Assembly (NCBI GenBank): GCA_965116885.1
Contig: OZ220741.1
Span: forward strand, 1,728,001-1,792,000
Direction of reading: 5' to 3'
DNA length: 64,000 nucleotides
Origin: Candidatus Latescibacterota bacterium
GTDB taxonomy: Bacteria; Latescibacterota; UBA2968
A program made the translations under genes and the position numbers. Numbering within the stretch: the first letter of the stretch is position 1; the number at the start of each line of letters is the position of its first letter. This document shows, in pieces, positions 1 through 9,158 of this stretch. The notes under the pieces are model-generated. The model had not been told where the DNA came from. It was given only the letters and a program-made list of their open reading frames with translations, and did not search any database.

Positions 1-1248
1 AATCACAAGCTGTATTACGTGCAGGATACGCGCGTGCCGCAAACGCGGCTTTCAATGAGGTATTATACAGGAGGAGATCTGCAGGAGACAATGGATACGC
101 GCGGTTTGTCCTTTGCGTTTTTTCGCTTGAATGATCTGGCATTACACGGAGAAGATAAAAAGGAGATGGATCGGCTTGGCGCAGAGTTCTGGTTCAATAT
201 TTCTGATCGATACGTCACCGTTAACCTGACTGTGTTTAGTGAAAATTTGGATGCGGCCTTAAAACGCCTGAAAACGATGATGGAAGACCTAAAATTTTCT
301 GAAGAATTGCTGAACAGAGAACGGGCGCGGATTATAGACGATTTTGAGGATTATGTTGATGACCATGAGGTGACAGGAATTTTTTCCTATCACTTATACC
401 AGGGCAAGTACCGGCGAGAGGGCTCGCGCACAGCACTTGAAAATTTGGTGGCGCAAGACTTGCAACAATTTTGGGATCAAACCCTGCGTGCAAAAGTACT
501 TTTTTTTACAGTGACTTCCGATCTGAGTAAGTCGGAAATTGAGCGCAGTTTGCGCGTGATGACGGATAACCGACCTCGGGATGGTTTTTCGCCACATCCC
601 AGACCAAAACGCAAAGAAATCAGGGGTTTGCACGTTCTAATTCATTCCACAACACATTTGGCTGATTCTTATAATTGGATAACCAATGGCTTACCCCGCA
701 CGCATGAGGATTGGTTTGCACAAACGGTTTTGGTCAATGCACTGGATCGCCTGTTGTTCGTTCGGTTTCGCGACCAGAAGGGCTGGTGTTATTCGACTGG
801 CGTGAGTATTGACGAAACTAAGTCGCCTCCAATACTGCGTTTTTGGGCTGATCCTCGAGGTGTTTATACTTCTCAGCTTGTTCCCGAGATGTTTCGGTTG
901 ATTTACCATTGTTTGTCTGAGCCAGATTTTTGGGAGCAGGTGAAGAAAGGTCGTGAAAGGCTCAAGCGGGCATATCATTTGCAACTCGGTCCGCAGACCA
1001 GGCTCAGTCAGCAGGTGCGCTATGACCGCGATGGGGTGCCCGCTCTTTCGCTGGAGGAATACGAGTCGGCTATTGATCGGGTGACGGAAGAGGATATTCG
1101 CCGCGTTTTCAGGCGACTGTTGAACTATCAGGTCAAAAATTTTTTGATGCTTTTTTACGGGGATGTCGATCGCATTAAAGATGCATTGAGGCGAGGGGAT
1201 ATCATGGGCAGGACAACGGTTTTTGATATTCAGACTCTGCGCGAGTAA
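1..1248 (+). CDS. M16 (insulinase) family peptidase-like protein, probably a non-catalytic subunit; 5' end lies outside the window
   Basis: Frame is open from position 1. C-terminal M16-like motifs (LFVRFRDQKGWCYS; IDRVTEEDIRRV); no HxxEH in the visible part. Confidence 0.7.
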   Translation, partial: NHKLYYVQDTRVPQTRLSMRYYTGGDLQETMDTRGLSFAFFRLNDLALHGEDKKEMDRLGAEFWFNISDRYVTVNLTVFSENLDAALKRLKTMMEDLKFSEELLNRERARIIDDFEDYVDDHEVTGIFSYHLYQGKYRREGSRTALENLVAQDLQQFWDQTLRAKVLFFTVTSDLSKSEIERSLRVMTDNRPRDGFSPHPRPKRKEIRGLHVLIHSTTHLADSYNWITNGLPRTHEDWFAQTVLVNALDRLLFVRFRDQKGWCYSTGVSIDETKSPPILRFWADPRGVYTSQLVPEMFRLIYHCLSEPDFWEQVKKGRERLKRAYHLQLGPQTRLSQQVRYDRDGVPALSLEEYESAIDRVTEEDIRRVFRRLLNYQVKNFLMLFYGDVDRIKDALRRGDIMGRTTVFDIQTLRE

Positions 1249-1266
1249 TAATTTTCGTCTATACTC

Positions 1267-1295
1267 TTGACGTTGTTTTTGAAGTTGGCTATGTT
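1267..1295 (+). promoter_or_regulatory. sigma70-type promoter TTGACG-N17-TATGTT
   Basis: -35 at 1267-1272, -10 at 1290-1295, directly upstream of a long hairpin with a U-tract. Confidence 0.6.
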
Positions 1296-1301
1296 TTATA
1301 T

Positions 1302-1378
1302 GCCGCGGGTTGCCTCAGCATTTCTGTTTATTTCCTCCCTCCCGATAAATAGAGTGCTGTTGGCAGCCCGCTTTTTTT
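1302..1378 (+). ncRNA. Putative small hairpin RNA with a C-rich loop (UUCCUCCCUCCCG) and intrinsic terminator
   Basis: Long stem 1305-1331/1345-1371, loop 1332-1344, T7 at 1372-1378, own promoter, no ORF. Confidence 0.5.
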
Positions 1379-1379
1379 A

Positions 1380-1408
1380 TTGACAGGGTTATTTTTGGAA
1401 TTTATTTT
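1380..1408 (+). promoter_or_regulatory. sigma70-type promoter TTGACA-N17-TATTTT
   Basis: -35 at 1380-1385, -10 at 1403-1408. Confidence 0.55.
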
Positions 1409-1414
1409 GATTTT

Positions 1415-1471
1415 GTAGCAGAAGTACAAAGCCTTTGAGGGTGTCGGGAGGGAGCCCTCAAAGGTTTTTTT
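1415..1471 (+). ncRNA. Putative small hairpin RNA with a G-rich loop (UGUCGGGAGGGAG) and terminator
   Basis: Stem 1431-1441/1455-1465 followed by a T-run; loop is complementary to the loop of the upstream hairpin. Confidence 0.45.
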
Positions 1472-1481
1472 GTTTATAAAT

Positions 1482-1521
1482 AAAAAAGAGGCGCCGGTTG
1501 GGAGGGTATAACCAACGCCTC
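1482..1521 (-). ncRNA. Putative minus-strand hairpin RNA or terminator with a CCCUCCC loop
   Basis: GAGGCG..CGCCTC stem (1488-1521); U-tract on the minus strand at 1482-1487. Confidence 0.35.
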
Positions 1522-1778
1522 AAGGGATGTTGCATGGTACTGGGTTAGACGCATTTGTACAGAAAAGAGTTCCAAGAAAGAGTAACGGCGTTGACTCAGC
1601 CGGGGTATAGGAGTCAACGCCGATATTTTTGCGACACGCTTTGTCGCATATTCTTTTACTTTTAAGGGGTGGAAAGGTTCCCAAAAGGTGTGATTTTTTA
1701 TGCGTTCAAACAAGTTTTAACTTTTTGTTTTATGGTATATATTGTTGAATCTCTAAAAGATGTGACCATGGAGAAGAT

Positions 1779-3287
1779 ATGCTGAATAAACAAATAGAAC
1801 GCTGGGGGCTGTGGCTCGGTCCGATAATTGGGCTGAGTGTCACGGTTTTTGGAGATCTCAAGCCGGGACATCCCGAGGTGACACATACGGCAGGTGTGGC
1901 CTGCTGGATGGCGGTTTGGTGGATGACAGAGGCCGTGCCTTTGGCTGCGACGGCACTGTTGCCCGTGGTGCTGTTTCCCCTGCTGGGTATTATGAGCGGG
2001 CAAGAGGTTGCGCCACTTTATTTGAATCACATTATCTTTTTGTTTGTCGGTGGTTTTATGGTGGCACTGTCCATGCAGCGCTGGAATTTACACCGGCGAA
2101 TTGCCCTTCGCTTGCTGCTTCTTTTTGGGGGGTGTCCCCGGTGTATCCTGACGGGTTTTATGCTGGTAACGGCGTTTTTGTCCATGTGGATTTCCAATAC
2201 GGCGACAACGATGATGATGGTGCCTATTGCGCTTGCAATTGTGGTCAGGATGGAAGAGCAGGGTGTGGCATCTGGTTCTTTTGGCACGGCGGTGTTTCTG
2301 GGGGTGGCTTATGCGGCTTCAATTGGTGGGAGCGCAACGCTTGTAGGCACGCCGACCAATTTGTCTTTTGTGAGGATTTTATCCATTCATTTTGCAGAGG
2401 TTCCCGAGATTTCATTTGCGACGTGGTTTGCGTTTGCTCTGCCTCTGGCATGCGTGATGCTCGTTTGTGCGTGGGGCGCGCTTTGTCTCGTTTTTGGTAT
2501 TCGCGGTCGCGGCGATGATATTGATCTGAGCGTGGTGCGAACGCAATATGCCGAGTTGGGGCCGATGTCGTTTGCAGAGAAGGTCGTGCTGGCCGATTTT
2601 GTGTTGTTGGCGCTGTTGTGGTTGTCGAGACGCCCCGTCCAAATTGGCGATTGGACGCTGCCGGGCTGGTCTCAGTTTTTCGAATCTGGCGGATTGATAA
2701 CCGATGGGTCGGTTGCTATGGCAATGGCTTTGATTTTATTTGTCGTGCCCGCGCGAGATGGTGCGAAATCCAGGGTGATGGATTGGCAAACGGCTGGCAA
2801 TGTGCCCTGGCATATTGTTTTGCTGATTGGCGGTGGATTTGCTCTGGCAAGTGGGTTTAAGGAGTCGGGGTTGTCGCTCTGGTGCGCGCAGCAACTGGAG
2901 GGTATGGGGCGCTTGCATCCTCTATTTTTGGTCGGTGGTTTGTGTGTGATGATGACTTTTTTGACTGAGTTGACTTCCAATACGGCAACGGCAGAGATGT
3001 TTCTTCCGGTTTTGGCGGCGTTGTCTGTGGCGGTGGGTCTCAATCCATTGTTGCTGATGATTCCGGCCACGTTGTCGTGTTCTTGTGCGTTTATGTTGCC
3101 GGTAGCTACGCCGCCCAATGCAATTGTGTTTGGCACGGATAGAATTTCCATGCGCGATATGGCGCGCGTGGGTGTGTGGTTGAATTTGGTTGGGGCGGTG
3201 ATGATTACTGCTGCGATTGCTGTTGTTGGTCGCGTTGTGCTGGGTATTGAACTCGAAGTGATGCCCGATTGGGCGAAGATTCAATAG
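1779..3287 (+). CDS. SLC13/DASS family Na+:dicarboxylate/sulfate symporter
   Basis: Many TM helices; MWISNTAT, LVGTPTN, ELTSNTAT and FMLPVATPPNAIV signature motifs. Confidence 0.93.
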   Translation: MLNKQIERWGLWLGPIIGLSVTVFGDLKPGHPEVTHTAGVACWMAVWWMTEAVPLAATALLPVVLFPLLGIMSGQEVAPLYLNHIIFLFVGGFMVALSMQRWNLHRRIALRLLLLFGGCPRCILTGFMLVTAFLSMWISNTATTMMMVPIALAIVVRMEEQGVASGSFGTAVFLGVAYAASIGGSATLVGTPTNLSFVRILSIHFAEVPEISFATWFAFALPLACVMLVCAWGALCLVFGIRGRGDDIDLSVVRTQYAELGPMSFAEKVVLADFVLLALLWLSRRPVQIGDWTLPGWSQFFESGGLITDGSVAMAMALILFVVPARDGAKSRVMDWQTAGNVPWHIVLLIGGGFALASGFKESGLSLWCAQQLEGMGRLHPLFLVGGLCVMMTFLTELTSNTATAEMFLPVLAALSVAVGLNPLLLMIPATLSCSCAFMLPVATPPNAIVFGTDRISMRDMARVGVWLNLVGAVMITAAIAVVGRVVLGIELEVMPDWAKIQ

Positions 3288-3300
3288 GTGGGAGGCAGCG

Positions 3301-5076
3301 TCAATCCGCGACCTGCGATTCGCGGGTTGTAATGCGCGATAGTATTTCTCCGTTGCGCGTGAGGTCTTGCGCCCGAACCATGCGCGCATAGAGTCCATCG
3401 CGGTCGATGAGGGAACTGTGGTTGCCCGTTTCAACTACGCGCCCTTTGTCGAGTACAGCAATGGCAGGCGACCGGCGCACAGTGGAGAGGCGATGGGCAA
3501 TGACGAGGGTGGTGCGATTTTGCGTGAGGCGATAAAGGGCTTCTTGAATAAGTGCTTCGGTTTCGACGTCCACAGAAGATGTGGCTTCGTCAAGGATGAG
3601 GATGGGGGCGTCTTTAAGCAGTGCTCGGGCTATAGAGAGGCGTTGTTTTTCTCCGCCGGATAAGCGCACGCCGCGTTCTCCAATGACGGTGTCATATCCT
3701 TTGGGCAGGGCGCAGATAAAGGCATGGGCATTAGCTGCTTGTGCGGCTTTTCGCACCGTGCGTTCGGTCGCATCTGGATGACCGAAGATCAGATTTTCAT
3801 ATACTGTGCCGTGAAATAAGAAGACGTCTTGAAGGACTGAGGCGATGTTTTGGCGCACAAAAGAGAGGGGCAGGTCGCGCAGGTCATATCCGCCAATGCG
3901 AATCGCGCCCTGTTGGGGGTCATAAAATCGGGGCAAGAGGTTGGCAAGGGTTGATTTGCCAGCGCCCGTGGGGCCGACGAGTGCGAGAATATCTCCTTCG
4001 TCAATGTACAGGTCGATGTCGTGCAAGACGGGTGTGTTGGGATCATAGCCGAAGGTGAGTGCGTCGATATGGATATCCCATGTGATGGTTTTGGGTGCGG
4101 TTACACCGGGCGCGTCGGTAATTTCCGGACGGATGGCGAGGAGTTGAAAAACGCGGTCTGTGCTGGCGGCGGCTTTTTGCAATACATCGTTAAAAGACGC
4201 CAGTTGCAAAAAAGGCTGGTAGATGTGGCCCATATAGACAATGAAGACAAATAGATCAGCTACCGAGATGCTGTCGCTGAGGGCCATATTGCCACCGCTC
4301 CAGATGACGAGTACAATGCCCAGTCCTCCTGTGGCTTCGATGATGCCAGCGGGCAGGAGCGAGACTGTGTTGGCTTTGATCAAGCGGTCGTGAAAGGTGG
4401 CACTGCGGTGGGTTACCTGGCGGGCGCATTCCCGTTCGCGAGCAAATGATTTGATGACGGCAATGCCCGACATGTTATCTTGCACGAGGGCGGCGAGTTC
4501 AGAGAGCCGCTCGCGCACAGCATGCCACATGGCGCGCACTTTGGATACATAGCGATAGACGAGAAATGCCGTGAGCGGAATGGGCAATATGGCGATGATG
4601 GCGAGTTCTGGGTTGAGGTAAAAGAGCACGGCAACCATGGATATGGGGATAACCGTGGCAAGCGCGGTTTCGGGTATGCCGTGTGCAATAAAGTCTTCGA
4701 TGGCTTCGATGTCGTTGATGGAGCGGGCCATGAGATTGCCGGTGCGCTGGCGATTGAAAAAGCTGTGGGATAGGTTTTGCAGGTGCTTGTACACGCGCGT
4801 CATAAGTGCGTGCATCACGCGATAGGCAGTGACGTGGGAAAAAAAGCCATAACCATAACGGGAGACACCGCGAAGCAGATAAATCCCGAGGAGTAAGAGG
4901 CTGACTTCTATGAGGTCCCCTGCGGGTTTTGCTTCGGTGAGCCACTGGATGAGTTTGCGGATGAGCAATGGTGGGATGAGATTGGCCGCTGCAAAGATAA
5001 GCCCACAGGCGATGCAGCATGCCATAAAGAGACGGCGCCCTTCGAGCAGGTCGTAGATTTGTTTGATAAAGGCCAT
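3301..5076 (-). CDS. ABC transporter, fused permease and ATP-binding domains (exporter type)
   Basis: Walker A GPTGAGKST, LSGGEKQR, ILILDEATS; N-terminal TMD. Start taken at MAFIKQ (ORF extends to 5145). Confidence 0.93.
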   Translation of the reverse strand: MAFIKQIYDLLEGRRLFMACCIACGLIFAAANLIPPLLIRKLIQWLTEAKPAGDLIEVSLLLLGIYLLRGVSRYGYGFFSHVTAYRVMHALMTRVYKHLQNLSHSFFNRQRTGNLMARSINDIEAIEDFIAHGIPETALATVIPISMVAVLFYLNPELAIIAILPIPLTAFLVYRYVSKVRAMWHAVRERLSELAALVQDNMSGIAVIKSFARERECARQVTHRSATFHDRLIKANTVSLLPAGIIEATGGLGIVLVIWSGGNMALSDSISVADLFVFIVYMGHIYQPFLQLASFNDVLQKAAASTDRVFQLLAIRPEITDAPGVTAPKTITWDIHIDALTFGYDPNTPVLHDIDLYIDEGDILALVGPTGAGKSTLANLLPRFYDPQQGAIRIGGYDLRDLPLSFVRQNIASVLQDVFLFHGTVYENLIFGHPDATERTVRKAAQAANAHAFICALPKGYDTVIGERGVRLSGGEKQRLSIARALLKDAPILILDEATSSVDVETEALIQEALYRLTQNRTTLVIAHRLSTVRRSPAIAVLDKGRVVETGNHSSLIDRDGLYARMVRAQDLTRNGEILSRITTRESQVAD

Positions 5077-5154
5077 AAATCTGTTGTGGTTTGAGGTTCG
5101 TTGTGGTTGTGACCCAAACCTATTATTTGATGGGATAGAAGTCAAGAAAATAGA

Positions 5155-6177
5155 ATGGAGAAAACGACTATGGTGATTAAAACAGAAGAAGAATTGATCG
5201 ATCAGATGACGACCCCGTCGCCCGAAGTGGTCGAGGCTGTGTCAAAGTTAGATGGTCCCGTGATGATTTTGGGTATCGCGGGAAAGATGGGACCGACTTT
5301 GGCAGAGTTGCTACTGCGCGCTGGCGCAGATGAGGTGATTGGCGTGTCGCGGTTTTCCAATCCGCCGGATCGCGATGATCTGGAGTCGCGGGGTATTGCG
5401 ACGATCAAGTGCGATTTGCTGGACGATGAAGGGCTGGCGCGGTTGCCTCGCGTGCCGTATCTCTATTTAATGGCCGGGCATAAGTTTGGAGCAACGGGCA
5501 ATGAGCCGTTGACCTGGGCGATGAATGCGGTATTGCCCGCAAAGGTTATGCAACAGTTTCCAGAGTCGCGCGTTGTTTATGTGTCTTCTGGCAATGTTTA
5601 CGAATTTGCTTCGGTGACGGGGTCGGGTGCTCGGGAGGATGCTGCTGTCAATCCGATTGGCGAATACGCCATGTCCCGGCTGGGCGGTGAACGGCTTGCC
5701 GAGTTTTATTGCAAAGAGAATCGAACGCCTCTGGCAATTGTGCGTTTGTTTTACGCGACTGAGTTGCGCTATGGCATCATTTTGGATATTGCCGAGAAAA
5801 TTAAATCCGAGACGCCTATTGATCTGTCTATGGGCCATGTCAACCAGATCTGGCAGGGCGATGCGAATGCGTATTTGGCGCGGATGTTTCCGCTTTGTGC
5901 ATGTCCTGCGCGGGTGGTGAATATGACGGGTAGGGATGTGTTGTCGGTGCGCGATTTGGCTTTGCAACTGGGCGAGCATATCGGTATTGATCCCGTGTTT
6001 GAAGGCGAAGAGCGCGAGACGGCATTGTTGGGCGATGCAGGGGTGCTGTTTGAGGAGATGGGGGTGCCGCAGGTTTCTGTTGAAGAAATTGTCTCGTGGG
6101 TTGCACACTGGGTTATGAGCGATGGTCGCACGCTGGGCAAACCGACAAAATACGAGTCGAGGACAGGGGCGTTTTAG
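5155..6177 (+). CDS. NAD-dependent epimerase/dehydratase family protein
   Basis: Rossmann ILGIAGKMG; SSGNVY; YAMSR variant of the catalytic motif. Confidence 0.85.
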   Translation: MEKTTMVIKTEEELIDQMTTPSPEVVEAVSKLDGPVMILGIAGKMGPTLAELLLRAGADEVIGVSRFSNPPDRDDLESRGIATIKCDLLDDEGLARLPRVPYLYLMAGHKFGATGNEPLTWAMNAVLPAKVMQQFPESRVVYVSSGNVYEFASVTGSGAREDAAVNPIGEYAMSRLGGERLAEFYCKENRTPLAIVRLFYATELRYGIILDIAEKIKSETPIDLSMGHVNQIWQGDANAYLARMFPLCACPARVVNMTGRDVLSVRDLALQLGEHIGIDPVFEGEERETALLGDAGVLFEEMGVPQVSVEEIVSWVAHWVMSDGRTLGKPTKYESRTGAF

Positions 6178-6225
6178 GCGTGTGATCCGCAGATAAAAAA
6201 GAGGGGCTGTGAAGTGTGAACAACC

Positions 6226-6249
6226 GTAGGGGCGAGGCATGCCTCGCCC
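6226..6249 (+). repeat. GTAG-type REP palindrome
   Basis: GTAGGGGCGAGGCATGCCTCGCCC, identical to 30547-30570. Confidence 0.85.
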
Positions 6250-6267
6250 TTCATTAAGGAGTATGAC

Positions 6268-7566
6268 ATGATAAAAGCAGGGATTTCAGAGGTGAATATC
6301 ACGCCGCCAGTAGGGATTTCAATGTGCGGATTTGCAGCGCGCGGAGGACCATCTGAGGCGATACACGACGAGTTGTACGCCAGGGTACTGGTGCTGGATG
6401 ACGACAAGACGCAGGTCGCAATTGTGGGGGCCGATGTGATTAGTTTTGCGCCGGATCTGGTCAATCGGATTCGGGATTTGGTTGAGCATTCGGTCGGGAT
6501 TCCCGGGGGACATATTTTGCTCAATGGGTCTCATTCCCATTCGGGACCCTCTGTGATGGCTTTTCGATGTATGGGCGATCGCGATGCAGCTTATGAAGAT
6601 GTGCTGTGTCGCAAGGTTGTTGGGGCAATTAAAATGGCGGCAGAAGGATTGATACCCGCATCGCTTTCGCATGGGCGAGAATCCGTGCGTATTGCACATA
6701 ACCGCAGGGAGATGCGCGATGGTCGCATTGTGCTGGGCCATCATCCCAAAGGTCCCGAAGCACCCTGGGTTGATGTGGTGCGCGTGGATACAGCAGGCGG
6801 TGTACCTGTAGCTGTTGTATTCGCGACTGCGGCGCATCCCGTGAATTTGAATGCGCTATCGATCAGTGCAGAGTTTCCGGGATATGCCGCGCAATTTGTG
6901 AGGGATAATTTGGCGATGCCTCTGTTTTTGCAGGGTTGTTGTGGGGATATCAATTGTTCTCCAAAGGATGGGAAATTTGAGGGATGCGAGTTGTTGGGCA
7001 CGCGTCTGGGCGCGGCCACGGTGAAGGCTGCATTACATGCCGAGAGGCTGGAGGGTGATGAGTTGACGGTGAATAACCGGGTTGTCGAATTGCCTCTTAT
7101 GGTACCCGATGTCGATGAGGCAGAGAGAGCACTTGCAGATGCCACGGCGAATTTGCAACGCGTGCGAGAAGACAAAAACATAACGCCTTACCGACGTCGC
7201 CAACAATACGAGGGGATGGTCGGGTGGGCGAGAGATTATGTGCAGGCTGCGAGGAGAGGGGGAAGTCCAACAGAGTCGTTTGAGATTCAGACCATGCATA
7301 TTGGCAATTTGGCAGTGGTGGGATACCCGGGAGAGATGTTTGTCGATTACCAGTTGTTTTTAGATGGTGCTTCTCCTTTTGATAGAACTATCGCACTGGG
7401 ATATACCAATGGATGTATTGGATATGTTCCGACTGCGGATGCCTATCCTGTTGGTGGATATGAAGTCGAACAAGCTTTTAAATATTATGGAACATTGATG
7501 ATAGGTGCGGAGTGTGAAGATATAATTAAAACGACTACGGTTGATCTGCTAAAAGAGATGACATAA
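6268..7566 (+). CDS. Neutral/alkaline ceramidase-like hydrolase
   Basis: ITPPVG..HDELYARVL, SHSHSGP, AAHP, GCCGDINC, PGEMF, GYTNG..GYVPT..GGYE family pattern. Confidence 0.8.
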   Translation: MIKAGISEVNITPPVGISMCGFAARGGPSEAIHDELYARVLVLDDDKTQVAIVGADVISFAPDLVNRIRDLVEHSVGIPGGHILLNGSHSHSGPSVMAFRCMGDRDAAYEDVLCRKVVGAIKMAAEGLIPASLSHGRESVRIAHNRREMRDGRIVLGHHPKGPEAPWVDVVRVDTAGGVPVAVVFATAAHPVNLNALSISAEFPGYAAQFVRDNLAMPLFLQGCCGDINCSPKDGKFEGCELLGTRLGAATVKAALHAERLEGDELTVNNRVVELPLMVPDVDEAERALADATANLQRVREDKNITPYRRRQQYEGMVGWARDYVQAARRGGSPTESFEIQTMHIGNLAVVGYPGEMFVDYQLFLDGASPFDRTIALGYTNGCIGYVPTADAYPVGGYEVEQAFKYYGTLMIGAECEDIIKTTTVDLLKEMT

Positions 7567-7804
7567 TTGAAAAAAGTGTCTATATATTGTATAATAAAGC
7601 ATTTATACCACTTGAAATTGTAGAAAATGCTTGACAAATAGTGTGTATTATCATAGATATATTTTTTGAGAGAGTATTTATTTTTTGTTGGTTCTCTATA
7701 AGCACAGATTATGTGTACACCGAGAGCCACCACATCGCATCAAGCCATATGCCGACAGTACACATGGTACGGGGAGCCATTATCGGTACTGTTGTGGAGA
7801 CTCA

Positions 7805-8992
7805 ATGTATCGAAACGTTTTCTATATGATGCTGATCGTGCTTTTTCCCCTTTCGGGATACGCGCAATCAGATGTCGATATTGATTTTGACGATAACGGC
7901 GTCGTTGATGAGCGAGACCTCGCGGCTCTAACCGCAGCTTTTGGGACAAATCAAGCGCGGTATGATTTGCACCCAGACGGCGTGATTAATTTTCAAGATC
8001 TCATTATTTTTGCCGGTGCTTACAACCAGAGAGATACCTCTGAAGTCGTCGTACCGATTACCGAGGAGGCCGAGGAGCAAGTAGCTTCTGCTCAGGTCGA
8101 TTTTTTTGAGCTTTTGACGAATAGCCGGCCAAATGATCTGGCGATTGACTCACGAGGGTATATATGGTTTACAGAGGTGGGGGGCAATGCAATTGGTCGA
8201 TTAGAGCCGCGCACAGATGTGATTCTCAGATTTTCTTTAACCACGACGGGTGCACAACCACACAGTATTGTCCTCGATAGTCAGGGGCACGTCTGGTTTA
8301 CTGAAATTGCCGCCAATCGGATTGGTGTGCTGGCTCCTTTCTCCGGGGATATCCAGGAGTTTACTATTCCGACTCCGGGCAGTCGGCCAATGAGTTTGAA
8401 ATTTGACGATCAAGGGAGGCTCTGGTTTATCGAGAGTGCAGCCGACCGCATTGCCCGTTTGGATCCCGTCACCGAAACGATAACAGAATTTTCAATTGGT
8501 GAACAAGATGTCGCGCTTGGTTCGCTTCAGATAGATGACAGTGGGCAGGTCTGGTTCGTCGATCGCGAGCAAAGCCTGTTGGGGAAGCTCGACCCGGATA
8601 CCGAAGAGATTACAACCTTTTCGGTTTCAAATGATAGTCTTGCAATTGGACAAATGGGATTGGATTCAGTGGGGAAGGTGTGGTTTACGGATACGGATTC
8701 GACAAGGCTGGGCATGTTTGATTTTGTAACTCGACAAACGCGCTATTTCCGGTTTCCCGAAGAGATGGAATCTCCTTATGCTTTGGAGGTCGATTCGAAT
8801 GATCGCGTGTGGGTCGGTGGACAATCGTCGGGATGGCTGACCAGTTTTAGTTTGCAAGATACGACGTTTACGCTCTATGAGATTTCCAATGATGATGTTG
8901 AGGTCACAAACTTGCGCGTTGATCCCAGAGGTGTTGTCTGGATTGTCGATTCAACAGGGAACCAGATTGGGCGTATTGATACGTCTAATTAG
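7805..8992 (+). CDS. Secreted Vgb-like/NHL beta-propeller protein with an N-terminal dockerin/EF-hand-like domain
   Basis: RBS GGAGA then ATG at 7805; signal peptide; DFDDNGVVDERD and YDLHPDGVINFQD motifs; repeated P..l..D..G.vWF.E....IG.L.P blades. Confidence 0.8.
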   Translation: MYRNVFYMMLIVLFPLSGYAQSDVDIDFDDNGVVDERDLAALTAAFGTNQARYDLHPDGVINFQDLIIFAGAYNQRDTSEVVVPITEEAEEQVASAQVDFFELLTNSRPNDLAIDSRGYIWFTEVGGNAIGRLEPRTDVILRFSLTTTGAQPHSIVLDSQGHVWFTEIAANRIGVLAPFSGDIQEFTIPTPGSRPMSLKFDDQGRLWFIESAADRIARLDPVTETITEFSIGEQDVALGSLQIDDSGQVWFVDREQSLLGKLDPDTEEITTFSVSNDSLAIGQMGLDSVGKVWFTDTDSTRLGMFDFVTRQTRYFRFPEEMESPYALEVDSNDRVWVGGQSSGWLTSFSLQDTTFTLYEISNDDVEVTNLRVDPRGVVWIVDSTGNQIGRIDTSN

Positions 8993-9057
8993 CTGTTTAT
9001 CTCATCCACCAAGAGGAACAGATTTTAAGGTCGAGCGGAAATAGGTCTGCAAGCAAG

Positions 9058-9084
9058 GCACTCTATATTTAGAGTGCTTTTTTT
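9058..9084 (+). terminator. Intrinsic terminator
   Basis: GCACTCTA-tatt-TAGAGTGC followed by T7. Confidence 0.75.
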
Positions 9085-9097
9085 ATTTAAAAAGGCG

Positions 9098-9126
9098 TTG
9101 ACACACCCGAAGGGGCATACTACTAT
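9098..9126 (+). promoter_or_regulatory. sigma70 promoter TTGACA-N17-TACTAT for the ABC importer operon
   Basis: Near-consensus hexamers with 17-bp spacing, 32 nt before the ATG. Confidence 0.7.
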
Positions 9127-9158
9127 ACTTTATCATATGCTAAAGTTATAAAGGGTCA

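Noticed and set aside
7715..7800. Possible riboswitch in the leader of the beta-propeller gene (ACAGTAC..GTACTGT stem next to the RBS)
   Set aside because: No recognisable aptamer consensus; a single stem is insufficient evidence
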